Assembly: GCF_006345805.1 (NCBI RefSeq)
Contig: NC_042998.1
Location: 88,288,001 to 88,352,000 of the forward strand
Direction of reading: 5' to 3'
From: Octopus sinensis
Taxonomy: Eukaryota
Length of the DNA stretch: 64,000 bases
Both the position numbers and the translations under genes were made by a program. This document shows positions 13,071 through 26,258 of the stretch, piece by piece. Below the pieces are notes generated by a model, which made no database searches, was not told the DNA's origin, and saw only the letters and a program-made list of their open reading frames with translations. The stretch's first letter is position 1, and each line of letters opens with the position of its first letter.

Positions 13071-13580
13071 ATTAATTTTAAGCTAGTTTAGAGAATGACA
13101 ACAAAACATCAGCAGACTGAATACTCGAAGAAAAGTCGAGTTTATAACATGATTACATTGTAAAATGGATTAAAGATTTTCAATTTAAACAGAAGTTTCA
13201 GAACCTATGACTTAAGTTCCTAAAACATTTTGTTTTTCTAATTTGAATCTTTGTGGTAGGATTCAATCATTAAACTTTGTAAGAAACATTTGTCAGCTCC
13301 GAAAATTCAGAATTTAATGTCGGTTGTATATTTTTTTTTAATCTTTTCTATTTTTTTTTCTAATTTCCCAAACTGATTTGCCTTTTAATCGCTAAATCGA
13401 ACTAAATTTGATGAAATACTACATTAAGGTTTCTCTTAAGCATTGCTTCAACAATTTTCATTGGTTTTACCGAAAAGCCTCGACAGTAAATTACAGCTGA
13501 GGTACAGCAATTTTAAAATAGCTACAAGTAAATGTTCGTTTACATACGTAATACACATAGCGCACGCAAGCACATATACG

Positions 13581-13627
<47 letters not shown>

Positions 13628-13712
13628 GCACACACATATATATCGACAAAGAGAGAGAGAAAGGGAGATTATATATTAACATTAACATTATATCTATCTG
13701 TCTATTTATCAA

Positions 13713-13788
<76 letters not shown>

Positions 13789-15125
13789 TATGCATAAAGT
13801 ACATACATACGAATGTACACATGTATTGACCTGCATATATTTATGTTCGTGAAAATTTATATATATATGTTTACATTTCTATACAATTATACATCTGCAT
13901 ATCCATGTCTTTGTCAACAATGCAATTTTCGCTGCCATTTTTCGAAAATTTTACTTGCTATTGTATATTATACAATATAAAATCTCTTAATATATGAATG
14001 TTTTCGAGTGTGCTTCACTCATTTTCTAGTGTTGTTCTCAACATTGCTGTCTTGTTTTCAACATATCGTGACAGAGTTTGATGCTTTATACTGTAATTAT
14101 TAATTGACCGTTGACTGCCTGCTTGATGTTGTCGTGTTATCAGTGTTCACAAGACCAGCATGTTATAAGGCTTTAAATACTACGTTTTATTACTTGTCTA
14201 TTAAGCGTATTCTGTCTTTGAGAAGCGGTGGCAAACTTTCGCAGAGTCGTACAAATGTTATGAGATTTCAATTTCGGTTTCTGCCGTTTTATTTAGTTTG
14301 CTTTTCATTCACATATGTTTCTCTAAAGAGAGCAGCTGACAACTAAATCCGTCTGGTTATATTTCTATCTATATTCATTAGAACGTATCTGCAATAAAAC
14401 TGAAAACCCAGTATTCAGCAATGCAGCAGATTTTTCGTTCTACTTTTCTTTCTCGTTCTCATCAAGATAAGGATTTTTCAACCTTGGAAATGAGAGAGAA
14501 GATTTTAAATTTTCTTGCAATAAGAAACTACTGCTGCCTATAAAAAGGACTTTGGAATAAAATACTTATTCCCTTACATAATCTGTAATTTTTTAGTCAA
14601 CATTTAACACGTGACCTGCATCCATCTTCTCTGAATGCACACATTATTATTGGTAAACTGATCTTAGACACACCCCACCAATGATTTCTATGTGGTCTGG
14701 TAAATATATATTAATATATTAAGAGATTTTATATTGTAAATATATATTACATATTACAGGCATTGCTTCAGGCTGAAATATGTAAGGAAGTCTTATGTTG
14801 GATCGCTAGTAATTTTAACTAACATCTTCCAGTTGGAGAGAAGTTGATAGTTAGCATGTACTCATTTGTGTTCTTAATATCACATATCTTAAAGTAAAAG
14901 TCATTCCTATTTATATTAATATGTGCATGAAGGCCCATCATATATGCACCCACACGCACACTGTATGGCTTCGGTGAAATTGGCGCGATCAAAGTTGATT
15001 ATTTCATGTGTAGAAAAAGAAGCAAGTATAGAGTTTCATATTTTTCTAAAATTTAACATTTCGCACCACAAGTGTTTTGAGCCGTTGTTCTCATTCGTCG
15101 TTGGTACTCGAATCCGTTGGTACTC

Positions 15126-15165
<40 letters not shown>

Positions 15166-15169
15166 TTGA

Positions 15170-15310
15170 AATTTACAGAAAAACGAAAGACGAAGACAGG
15201 TGTATGAACAACAAGCAGGTGCATTAGTTTGACGCGCGGGAAAGTGAGAAAGTTTTTTCACATTTCGAGCCTACACTTTTCAACAGAAAGGAATAAGAGA
15301 AAATAAAGAG
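15170..15310 (-). mobile_element. Penelope-like element (PLE) pLTR fragment abutting (TA)n, with a degenerate minimal HHR-like motif
   Basis: Shares AAAGACGAAGACAGGTG...TTTCGAGCCTAC...CAGAAAGGAA with 51080-51240. The minus strand of 15255-15291 reads CUUU-CUGUUGA-A-AAGU-GUAG-GCUC-GAAA-UG-UG-AAAA. Confidence 0.5.
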
Positions 15311-15560
15311 AGAGAGAGAGAGAGAATAATAAAACTTGTGGATTTAGCGGTCAAGCATAAATATGTAATCAAAGGTGCACAAACGACGTACTCTGAAGGA
15401 ATTTAAAGGCAGCGTTATCCAAGGGTAGAGTAAGAAAATCCATGAATCAAGTAGTCCAAATCATTCGGAAGGACATTCACACATACAAAGAGAGAAAAGC
15501 CTATGTGTGAGTGTGTGTGTGTGTGTGTGTATGTGTGTGTGTGCGTGCGTGCGTGCGTGC

Positions 15561-15595
<35 letters not shown>

Positions 15596-16641
15596 TTAGA
15601 GGAACTTCTTTAGTTACCAATCCATTGTGTTTTGGATGTTATATTCCAAGCAGCTCCCCACCATGCAAAATATAACGAAATAAATAAATGATTATATAAA
15701 TACATATATATATAAAACATTTTATTGAAGTTCTTATATTATTTTATTTGTTTTGTTTTTTGTGTTTTTTTTTATATTCTATTTAAAATTAAATGGAAAA
15801 TAGAGAGGCAACTGCTTTGTATGTCGGCAAGATGGTAAGCAGGAATAAACTTTAAACTGATTAGAGACTGTTGTAATTGTTTATGTAAAGATCGTTTTTC
15901 GCGGAGGTTGTGTTCATGGCATACTGACTCTAACATCAATCTATAGGCATCAAGTACATTCTCTGAGTGAAAAGGAAAATAAGAAACAAACGAACAAACA
16001 AAAAAAAATTCGGTGTAGGATTCGGCAAAAAAAATCTGAAAGAGGAAAAGAAAGATTGAAAGAAGTTATTAAAAACACGCACAAAAAAATAAATCAACTG
16101 TTGATTCCACCTCGGTTCCTTGTGGTTTGCCAAAAGCCGACATATTTAGACTTCACTGAGAAAAATCATCGAATTTACCGAGAAGGAAATGTTTACAACG
16201 GGGAATTTATTTTTGTACCGTATACCCCCACCCCAGCCTACAACACTTACCCCGCCACCAATTTATGCCCCTCTCTACCTTCCTCTTTCTCGCTCTGTCT
16301 TTGTCTATCTTTCTTTCCATTTCTCGCTTTTACCATCGCTATCTCTTTCACTGGCTCTCACCTAAGCGCTCGCTCTCCTTTTTCTTTATCACTTTATCTA
16401 GTTCTTCATTTCGTTTTATCACTTTCTCCCTTTCTACCCTCTCCCTTAATACTGCTGCTTCGTAGACCATCTTCTCTCTCTTCTCCTTTTCTCTCATTCT
16501 CTCTTGATATACTTATACTATGTTGCTCCATTATTTATTTGCATGGTATTTCTGCTTACGAAAATTTTTGTCTTCTGCTCTCATCTTCTCATCCACCTTA
16601 TTTACTAGTCTACTTCACATACAACTACACTTTCTCCTCAC

Positions 16642-16732
<91 letters not shown>

Positions 16733-16830
16733 CACAATTTTTGTAAAAATATAAAATATATTTTACTTAATCCGATACTGTTTTTCTTCTATCGTTCACT
16801 CCCTATTCTACTTACCTGCCTCCTTGTCTG

Positions 16831-16898
<68 letters not shown>

Positions 16899-16947
16899 CT
16901 TATCAATCTATCTATCTGTCTGTCTATGAATCTGTCTATTTGTCTAT

Positions 16948-17317
16948 CACCGGGCAAAATGCTTAGCGGTATTTCGTCTGTCTTTACGTTCTGAGTTCAA
17001 ATTCCGCAGAGGTCAACTTTGCCTTTCATCCTTTCGGGGTCGATAAATTAAGTGCCAGTTACGCACTGGTGTCGATATAATCGACTTAATCCGTTTGTCT
17101 GTCCTTGTTTCTCCTATCTGTGTTTAGCCCCTTGTGGGTAGTAAAGAAACAGGTATTTCGTCTGTCTTTACGTTCTGAGTTCAAATTCCGCCGAGGTCGA
17201 CTTTGCCTTTGATCCTTTCGGGGTCGATAAATTGAGTACCAGCTGCATACTGGAGTTTCTCTAATCGACTGGCCACCTCCCCCAAAATTTCGAGCCTTGT
17301 GCCTAGAGTAGAAAAAA
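16948..17317 (+). mobile_element. Dimeric family A SINE (5'-truncated monomer with tail 2 fused to a headless monomer with tail 1)
   Basis: Two successive GTATTTCGTCTGTCTTTACGTTCTGAGTTCAAATTCCGC...GGGGTCGATAAATT units. The same dimer occurs inverted at 58028-58414. Confidence 0.9.
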
Positions 17318-17498
17318 TATGTCTATTTGTCTATCAATCAATCTATCTTTCTAAACTCGCATGCACATACACACACACTTACACACACATACACACGTAC
17401 ACTTACACACAACATACACCTATGGGCTCAGGCCTACATACACACACGCACAGACACATACATACATACACGTATACACACGCGTGCCAATGTGTATG

Positions 17499-17551
<53 letters not shown>

Positions 17552-17611
17552 ATGTGTGTGTGTGTGCGTGCATGTGTATGCGTGTATATATGTAGATATA
17601 TATATACATAC

Positions 17612-17664
<53 letters not shown>

Positions 17665-18471
17665 TATATAAATGCATACTTATACATACCCACATCATAT
17701 ATATGCTTTATGTGTGAGTATGTGTGCGCGCGCGCATGAGTGCATGTATATATGCATGTAAACGTATGTATGCATGTATGTGCAAATATACGTGTATACT
17801 TGTGTCTGACTGTGTGTGATTCTGTTTTTCAATTTATCCGGCAGTCTGTCTCCCCATATAATCATTTGCTTTCATTCTCTGTTATTTAAATCTATTATTT
17901 CTTTCTTTCCCATTTTCTTTCATTATCCTCCACCTTTTCTGCCTTTCAATCTCTCTCTCTCTCTTCATCTCTTCCTCTTTCTTCCTCACTCTCTCTCTCT
18001 CTGTCTCTCTGTCTCTTCCTCTGTCTCCCTTTCTCTCTCTCTCTCTCTCTCTCTTTCTTTCTCTTTCATGCCCGTTCGCTCTCTCACCCTTTCACCGATT
18101 CTTAACGATTGCAATGACATTTTTTTCTTTCTTCTTCCTTGTATCTCTCTATCACTTTATCTATCTATATGTGTGTATATATATGTGTGTGCGTGCGTGT
18201 GTGTTGTTTGTGCACACATATATATATATATGCATACATCACACACATTTTATACTTATTCACACACACACACATACACACACATACACACATATATACG
18301 TGCATACGCACACACGTATATCTGTATATATACATCATATAGATGCATATATAAGTATGTACAGGTATTTATGTATATATGAATGATAGTATGGGTATAT
18401 GTGTATCAGTACTGTTTACTTGCCGTTTATCTATAAGTATTATTATATGTATCTCTCATTCACTCTCTCTT

Positions 18472-18536
<65 letters not shown>

Positions 18537-18589
18537 CTTTCTCGCTCTCTCTGTCCGTCATTTCTTCATGCAGAGAACTGTAAACAGAA

Positions 18590-19093
18590 TGTGCAACAGC
18601 AGCGGACTACTTCAGTATCAACAATACTTTGAACAGCAGCGGCAGTAGTAGCAGCAGCAGCAGCAGCAACAGTAGCAGCAGCAGCAACAGCTGCAGCTCG
18701 ACTACCACCACTACCACCATCACCACTATCACTATCGAAATCCGACACGCCACTACTATCCCCACAAATGCTAGTACCTGAACTATCACCACCACTACCT
18801 CATCACCATCATCATCATCATCATCATCATCACTATCACCACCATCATATCCTCGTCCTCATAAACATCACGCCACCACCACCACCATCATCATCATCTT
18901 ATTCTTCTTCATTCTCGTCGTCATCGTCATCATCATCTTCTTTATACTGGTCATCTTGTTCAATAACACGATCCTAATCAGCTACACATCAGCCAGTGTA
19001 TTAAAAATGGACAGCTGAAAATATCAATGCCTTTATAATTAAATTACATTTTCTTGTTGCTTTTGCTGTTGCTGCAGCTGCTGTTACTGTGGC

Positions 19094-19172
<79 letters not shown>

Positions 19173-19175
19173 GAT
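18590..19175. repeat. Trinucleotide-rich block (CAG/CAC/CAT, then (GTT)n)
   Basis: Direct reading. Confidence 0.9.
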
Positions 19176-20530
19176 GATGATCATGATTTTATGTGTTATA
19201 ACCTGATACGAACTGACCAGATTTCAGACTTGGAAGGTAACGTAAGAGGCATTAACACAGTAAACCTCGCGAGATAATTTTCGTTTGCCAGAAACGGGGA
19301 CTGTTGTCTCTATGGGAGAAGGGAAAAACATGTACATTTAAGTTTTATGCAACTTTTGCGCGATGCGTGAATGTATACAATCTCCTCTTGCTTAGTTACA
19401 TACACACACATATGCATATGCATAATGCAACACAAAATTCCTAATTTCCAAATGTATATAGAAGTGCACATTCTATAAATTATTTAAGTGCATATATGTG
19501 TGTATGCACATATATAATGCATACACATACATATATCTATTTGTGGAGTATATATGTGTGTGCTCGCATATGCGTGTGCGCATGCATATTCATCATATAC
19601 ATATATAGAGAGAGATGCATGCATCTATGTATGTAGGAATGTATGTATGTATATATGCATGTATGCATGTATGTATGTATGTATGTATGTATGTGTATAC
19701 TGCACCAGAAATTGTTTGCTTTTTGTTTATTTCATTAGTTATATTTTATATAATGTAATCCTTGAAAGCAATCCATTCTTGCCCACCACATACCAATTAA
19801 ACTGTTAGTAAAAAATGCGGAATTTGACGATAATTTTTTTCCACCCCGCTCCTTTTCGTTTAAGCGCCGTCTTCAAACGAACTGAAACATCCGTCATTGA
19901 TATTCGCCTTAAGACGGAAATAAAGGAATATAGCTTAAGTAGAAGAGATTCGATCGATTATAAGACGATAAATGGAGAAAAGATTTTGTCGTGCAATGGC
20001 GCGGAGTGTGTTGACTGGATCATGAACTATATTCGTTACGCTCACGTAGATTCTATGCCACTAGCAGTTGTAGAAATAGCAATAAAATTCGAAGACACAG
20101 TTCGAACGTATTAGCTTGCATATTGTAAAGAAGCTAAGAATAGAGAGAGTAGAAAATATATAAGAATTGGATAAAACAGAGAAGGTAGGAATGGAGAGCC
20201 TTGAGAAAGAGAGATTTGTTCTCCTACCACTGTAGACTTGCCTTTGTATTGTTTTCTGCTATGTTCTGCGCCTAAAATCCAAGAATATTTAAGATATTGA
20301 TCGTAGCTTGCTATCGGCTGACTGCCTTTGTCGTTGTCATCGTAGTAATAATATCACTTCACTAAATACACTGTTTTCTTCGAGTCAGCTGAACCACCTT
20401 TAGTATTTTTACCTGCATGGGAAGTCAGCACTACTGGGGTCAGTTCCATTGTGCTGCTCATGTCATTTTCTTGTTCTAGATGTCTACTATTACTTTTCAT
20501 AATTTATAGGGGAAATCTATTTTTTTTAAG

Positions 20531-20700
20531 GTGTGTGGCCCAATGGTTGTCATGTTGGGCTTACGATGATAGGATCATGGATTCGATTTCTGGTCTGGGC
20601 ACTGCATTATGCCCTTGAATGGGGTACTACATTCTACGTTGCTTCCGTCCGCTTAGCTGAAATACAATACCAACTGAATGCAACCCTCCTCTCCAGACAT
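20531..20700 (+). mobile_element. Degenerate second CORE-like tRNA SINE family (family B)
   Basis: TGGCCCAATGGTT (A-box-like), GGATTCGATTTC (B-box-like), then GCATTATGCCCTTGAA. Reverse-strand relatives lie at ~41350-41570 and 57650-57965. Confidence 0.55.
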
Positions 20701-21221
20701 CTCATTCTAGATGTTCTACTGGGTTAAGAGTGTGAAGCCTGAGAGGGTCTACGATTTCTCGTGACTAAATAGGTACCTAAAACAATTCGCGAAAGCCTAG
20801 GACATGTTGACATTTCATACTCACTTGAAAGTGACAGCTATGGTTCATTGAAATCAGAAGTCAATAGAGCTGTTTCGTAGCTAACATTATTGTCGTTAGT
20901 GTTGGCTTTTGAAGTCGTTTGTTGAAATTGATATGTCATTCTTATTGTAAGTGTTTAGCACTAGGTCCATCGTAATCGAGTGTGATTTGATCAATAACGC
21001 TCCGATCTTGGACATCACATCCTTGATTTTGAGACACCGTATATTTAGAATTACATTGGACTAGTTAAAATCGCACATGCTCAGTCCACAGCAGGACGAA
21101 GGCTCCACCATATTCTCTACACCAGAGAATAGCTTGAGATGAGCCTGTTCTGCTACACTGGCTCGACGTAGCTTGGCTGAGGGACGCAGTTTTTATACTC
21201 TTATCCAGGAATAAAATGTTC

Positions 21222-21360
21222 TGCTGGCACTTATTTTATCGACCCCGAAAGGATGAACGACAAAACTGACCTCTACGGAATTTGAACTCAGGAAGTAATG
21301 GCGGCGAAACACCTCTAAGCATTTCACCTGGCATGCCAACGATTCTGCCAGCTCGGCTGC
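21222..21360 (-). mobile_element. tRNA-derived SINE, family A
   Basis: TTATCGACCCCGAAAGGATGAA...GGAATTTGAACTCAG...TTCTGCCAGCTCG. Confidence 0.85.
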
Positions 21361-22420
21361 ATTATGGGAACCAAAGTGTTGTTCCACGCTTTACGACACT
21401 AATGGCTGCGTTTCCCAACCTTGGGGAACCCTTGAAATGCATTTCATGTCTCGTGGACCCTACCTTATATAAAATTATTATATAAATTTATCTGCCCTTT
21501 TCCTTTTATTTCATAAAGTTAAATTTCCTGCAAGTGTAAACAAATAATAAAACTGCCTGGTGGAGTATGTATGTATGTATGTATGGATGGATGGATGGAT
21601 GGATGGATGGATGAATAGATGAATGAATGTATTTGCGTACGGTCGCACATATCATTACAAATATAGATTTCTGTTTTAATGTATATGAATCTACATTCAC
21701 ATTTGTTGCATGTCTGCAACGGATGTATAAGCTTTTGTTAGCTAAACTGTTGGAGTGTTTCTATGATTGCATGCGCAGACGTTTATATATGTGTGTGAAT
21801 GTGTAAGTGTATATATACATACACACATATATGTGTGTGTGTGTGTGTGCGCGCGCGCGTGTGTGTATGTATGTATCTATGTATGTATGAATGGATGGAT
21901 GGATGTTATGTGTGTGTGTGTTTATATGTGTATATGACTGTATGTGTGTTTATGGGAATAATCAATTGTAACAGTTCTATTTTCGAAACAGTGTGAAGTT
22001 TTATCATTGGGAGGATTAGTAATTAATAATTTAGCAGTTTTGGTATTGATTATATTCTTACCTTATGGAACAATATTTCTACAAACGGAATAATTCTAAA
22101 AATATGAATCAATTAGACGATGGAAAAGAAAATTCGTTTAATTCCCAGGGACCATTAATTCCAACAATCTAACCTCTAATTCTTACAGTTACGATATAAT
22201 GAGAAAATACTATTGTTTGCTTGTTACTATTCATTCTAGATTTTAAATGGAGGTAAGTGTAGCATTTGACATATTTGCACACTTGCACATGCGACTTGGG
22301 ACTACAGAAAAATATCAACTAAACCAATGAATATATAATATAATGTAATATAATATAATATAACATAATACAATATAACTTAACATAATATAATATATTA
22401 TATTATGATAATACATTTAT

Positions 22421-22523
22421 AGGCGCAGGGCTGGCTATGTAGTTAGTAGCTTGCTTACCAACCACTCGGGCCGACCAAAGCTTTGTGAGTGGATTTGGTT
22501 GACGGAAACTGAAAGAAGCCCGT

Positions 22524-22564
<41 letters not shown>

Positions 22565-23035
22565 TATATATACTGTTATGTCTAGGGAGAGTCATTTTCT
22601 TTTTATGACATAATTTAACACACTCACCGGTAAAATTTCCACTTATTTCTTTTTTTTATTTTTAAAATAAGAAATAAGTGAAAATTTTACCGGTGACTGT
22701 TTTAAATTATAACGCACAAACAAAAAATGGCTCTCCCCAGACATAACAGAATATGCTTCAACACACGAACTCATATAAAGAATCTTGCAAACCAAATCCA
22801 AAAACGAAATATATATATATATATGTTTGTGTTTCTGTTATTGTCCCCTCACCACTTGACAACCGATGCTGGTGTGTTTAGGCTCCCGTAACTGTGCGGT
22901 TCGGCAAAAGAGGCCCGATAGAATAAGTACTAGGCTTACAAAGAATTAGTCCTGGGATCGTTTTGTTCGACTAAAGGCGGTGCTCCAGCATGGCCCCAGT
23001 CAAATGACTGAAACGAGTAAAAGAATAAAAGAGTA
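22421..23035 (+). mobile_element. CORE-type SINE (internally deleted head, internal (TA)n, 3' tail) hosting a nested foldback element
   Basis: Head GGCGCAGG...CCAACCAC|TCGGGCCGACCAAAGC...GACGGAAACTGAAAGAAGCCCG. Tail ACCGATGCTGGTGTGTTTA...GGCGGTGCTCCAGCATGGCC...AAAAGAATAAAAG. The same parts occur inverted at 50814-51578. It resembles the octopus OR2-type CORE-SINE from recall, unverified. Confidence 0.8.
22573..22808 (+). mobile_element. Asymmetric foldback element (inverted arms plus ~60-bp unique tail) inserted in (TA)n
   Basis: Arms CTGTTATGTCTAGGGAGAG...CACCGGTAAAATTT / AAATTTTACCGGTG...CTCTCCCCAGACATAACAG. Tail AATATGCTTCAACACACGAACTCA...CGAA. A second copy lies at 61232-61541. Confidence 0.85.
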
Positions 23036-23071
23036 TATATTGGTATATATACAGCTTGCTAGCTAGCTAGC

Positions 23072-23192
<121 letters not shown>

Positions 23193-23624
23193 GGATGGAT
23201 ATGAAATTTGATAGAGAGATTTAAGTCGTCTAAGTATCGTAGAATGAGAAAAATATTACCGATACCGTCTCTCAATGGAACTAATTATTTCACTATTCTT
23301 TCTATATCGGTCTTGAATACATATCGCAGTGCGTTCGCAGTTTAGTCTAATCTGCAAATCATTCAGACTTAATGAGTATGCAGTCGATAGGTATTACTTT
23401 CCCCTACTTCCAATCAACCCATCGAACATGATACGATGCTTTTTGCAGTGTGGCTACACAGGTGAGCTTTATAAACCAACCCCGGGTATATAAATAGGAT
23501 TTGGTTTAGGTCCTCGAATGCCTGTAGGTGTGCATACATGCACATACTACAGGTTAGACCTTTATGCATTATTAAATGTCTTAATATTCCGTCATAAATC
23601 TAAATTTATAACACGGTTGTATTA

Positions 23625-24735
23625 CACAAACCAACAGGTATTTTGCTGTCATTATGTTTTGACTTGATTCTATGCTGGATCCAAAAATAAAATCTATTTT
23701 TTACCATCCCGTCTAAATTTGAAAATTCCCGCCAATTTTTGCAATTTTTCCTCATTTTTTCAGAAAAATACATTGTTCACTTGTGAAGTTTAGTACGAGT
23801 GTTTATTACGATTTATGTATTAGTTTATTAAACGTCAAGGAAAAACACTAGATGATCAAAGAATTGCTGCAGCGAATATTAGTTCCAGAATCTTTTTATG
23901 TGATTAAAGAGCCTTTCAGTTGGTAAAAATAATCTACCTCCACTCCATATCAAACTGGTCATTATGAAACCGTTTGTTAAACCTCTGGATAAAGATGAAC
24001 CATGGTTTCACTATATCTGCTGCACATTTTCTAGTCTGAGCAGTAAAAAAATAATTGCTGGTGTACTTGATGGGCTTCAGATCAGAAAATTCATGAAAGA
24101 TGAGAATTTAGTAAAGTCAATGAAAGCAACATAGAGCTCATTTGTAATATAATTGTAAGTGACTTTCTAGGCAACAAGGAAGCAACCAACTATGCTAAAA
24201 TAGTTGACATGCTGGAGAACTTTCAAAGGTTGAGAGCACATATGTGCATAAAGCCTCTCTTTCTCCACAGTCACCTTGATAAATTCCCTGAAAATATTGA
24301 TGACGAGAAGGAAGAGCGTTTTCGTTTAGGCCATAAAATCAATGGAACAAAGGCATCGACGTAGATTGGACTTGCATATGATGGTGACTATTACTAAAAC
24401 TTGGCTCGTGATCTTCCTGAGGTTCAAGTAGTCAAGAAAATCATCCGAACGCAAATCCATAGGTTATCAGGCATAAACAGTGGTGTAATTTATTGAAATT
24501 TTAAGACTTTTACTAGTTTTTCAGTAGGATTTTAAGAACACATTCTGATTTCGAAGAAAAAAATAATTTCTGTGTTATGTCTCATTCTTCGTAAGCTGTT
24601 TTATTGAAAACAAATGAAATTCTATAGATCCAGTATCTTAAAACCTCGATGTGATGGTAATAGATGGAAGTCATTTTCGGATTTTCTGTGTTAAAAAAAA
24701 CCTACATCAGGTCCAAATTTTTTGACAACAAAAAA
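23625..24735 (+). mobile_element. Internally deleted, decayed Chapaev3-like (CMC superfamily) DNA transposon
   Basis: Manual translation from ~23935 gives LPPLHIKLVIMKPFVKPLDKD...AGVLDGLQIRKFMKD*...FLHSHLDKFPEN..DEKEERF, then after a frameshift MEQRHRRRLDLHMM. This matches recalled Chapaev3 transposase motifs (LPPLHIKLGLMKQFVKAL, GxFDGPQIR, HSHLDxFP, DEQGERFH). Degenerate subterminal inverted repeats occur at ~23640-23712 and ~24645-24730, and the left end starts CAC. Confidence 0.7.
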
Positions 24736-24914
24736 AAAGTATGTATGTATGTATGTGTGTATGTGTGTATGTGTGTATGTATGTATGTATAATTGTCACA
24801 TATTACATTTACAGATAAATTCCCCTATTCCCTATTCACATAATATCGAGGTCACTCATTCTTTTGTTGTCTTACCATTTTATCAATATGTATATATATC
24901 TATATATATATAAA

Positions 24915-25068
24915 ATTCTGTTTTTTATATAAATTTTCATCTGTCCTGCCCGCCAAATTTGGTTCTGGTGTTCGCTGAATTTTTCCTCTAGAGAACTTTC
25001 TTTGTAGTTTGATCGTTGATGATCTATTTCTAGCATGCGATAGACTACCTGGAAGTCTTGCCCTGTAA

Positions 25069-25070
<2 letters not shown>
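24915..25070 (-). mobile_element. Short non-repetitive fragment between microsatellites, possibly a retroelement ORF remnant
   Basis: Open minus-strand frame [45 protein letters not shown], bounded by (TA)n and (CA)n. The family is not identified. Confidence 0.25.
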
Positions 25071-25114
<44 letters not shown>

Positions 25115-25137
25115 ACACACACCACACACACACACAC

Positions 25138-25190
<53 letters not shown>

Positions 25191-25572
25191 GTATGTATGT
25201 ATGCATATATATATACATATATATATATATATGTGTATATATATAAAGATATATGTATATATAGATATATATATGTATGCATACACACACACACATATAT
25301 ATATATATATAATATGTGTGTGTGTGTGTGTATACACACGAAACAGCGTATGTTTAATGTATCTTAAAGCGGGAGACCCCAATATAATAAAGTAGCAAAA
25401 AGAGTTTTATTTATGATATTAAGATATCTTGGTCCAGAAATTTGTTTCCTCTTTATCTGAAAATTCCGTAAGAAGTAAATGTTAATAGCTGTTACTTTAT
25501 TGTTTTGTTGGATGAAAACTGTTTTTAAGGGAAACAAAGTTTCATAGACATTTGTAGTATATATATATATAT

Positions 25573-25608
25573 ATGTATGTATAAATATGCATATACATTT
25601 GCATACAT

Positions 25609-25648
<40 letters not shown>

Positions 25649-26160
25649 ATGTATGCAAATGTATATGCATATTTATACATACACACACATGTATGCATGG
25701 GTGTCTAAGCATACGTAACTACATACGTATGTTACGAAGACATTTAAAAAAAAAATTCTATAAGTGTACATATAAATCTATATGCCTACATGCAAGTGTT
25801 TCTTTTTCTTTTTAAATAATGCATATACGTGTGTGTATGTATTTGACATTTGATATATTCAACATCAAATGGTTCATTAGTAAAACTAATCTTTATTGCT
25901 AAAACTAGTCATAAATAGTGTCTGGGTTAACTCCATAAGAAGATAGCTAGAAAAACACTTTTATGCAATTGATGTTACTATGCGAATATTCAGGGAATTT
26001 TTTTTTACTTCAGCTTTTTGCAATGATTACTTGTTACAGCTATATATCTGCCTCTTTACATCCTCTTTCACGTTTTATCGCTGCATTCTTGTATTGCTTT
26101 TTCAGTATAGCATATGTCTCTCAAACACACACACACACAAAATATATATATATATATATA

Positions 26161-26258
<98 letters not shown>

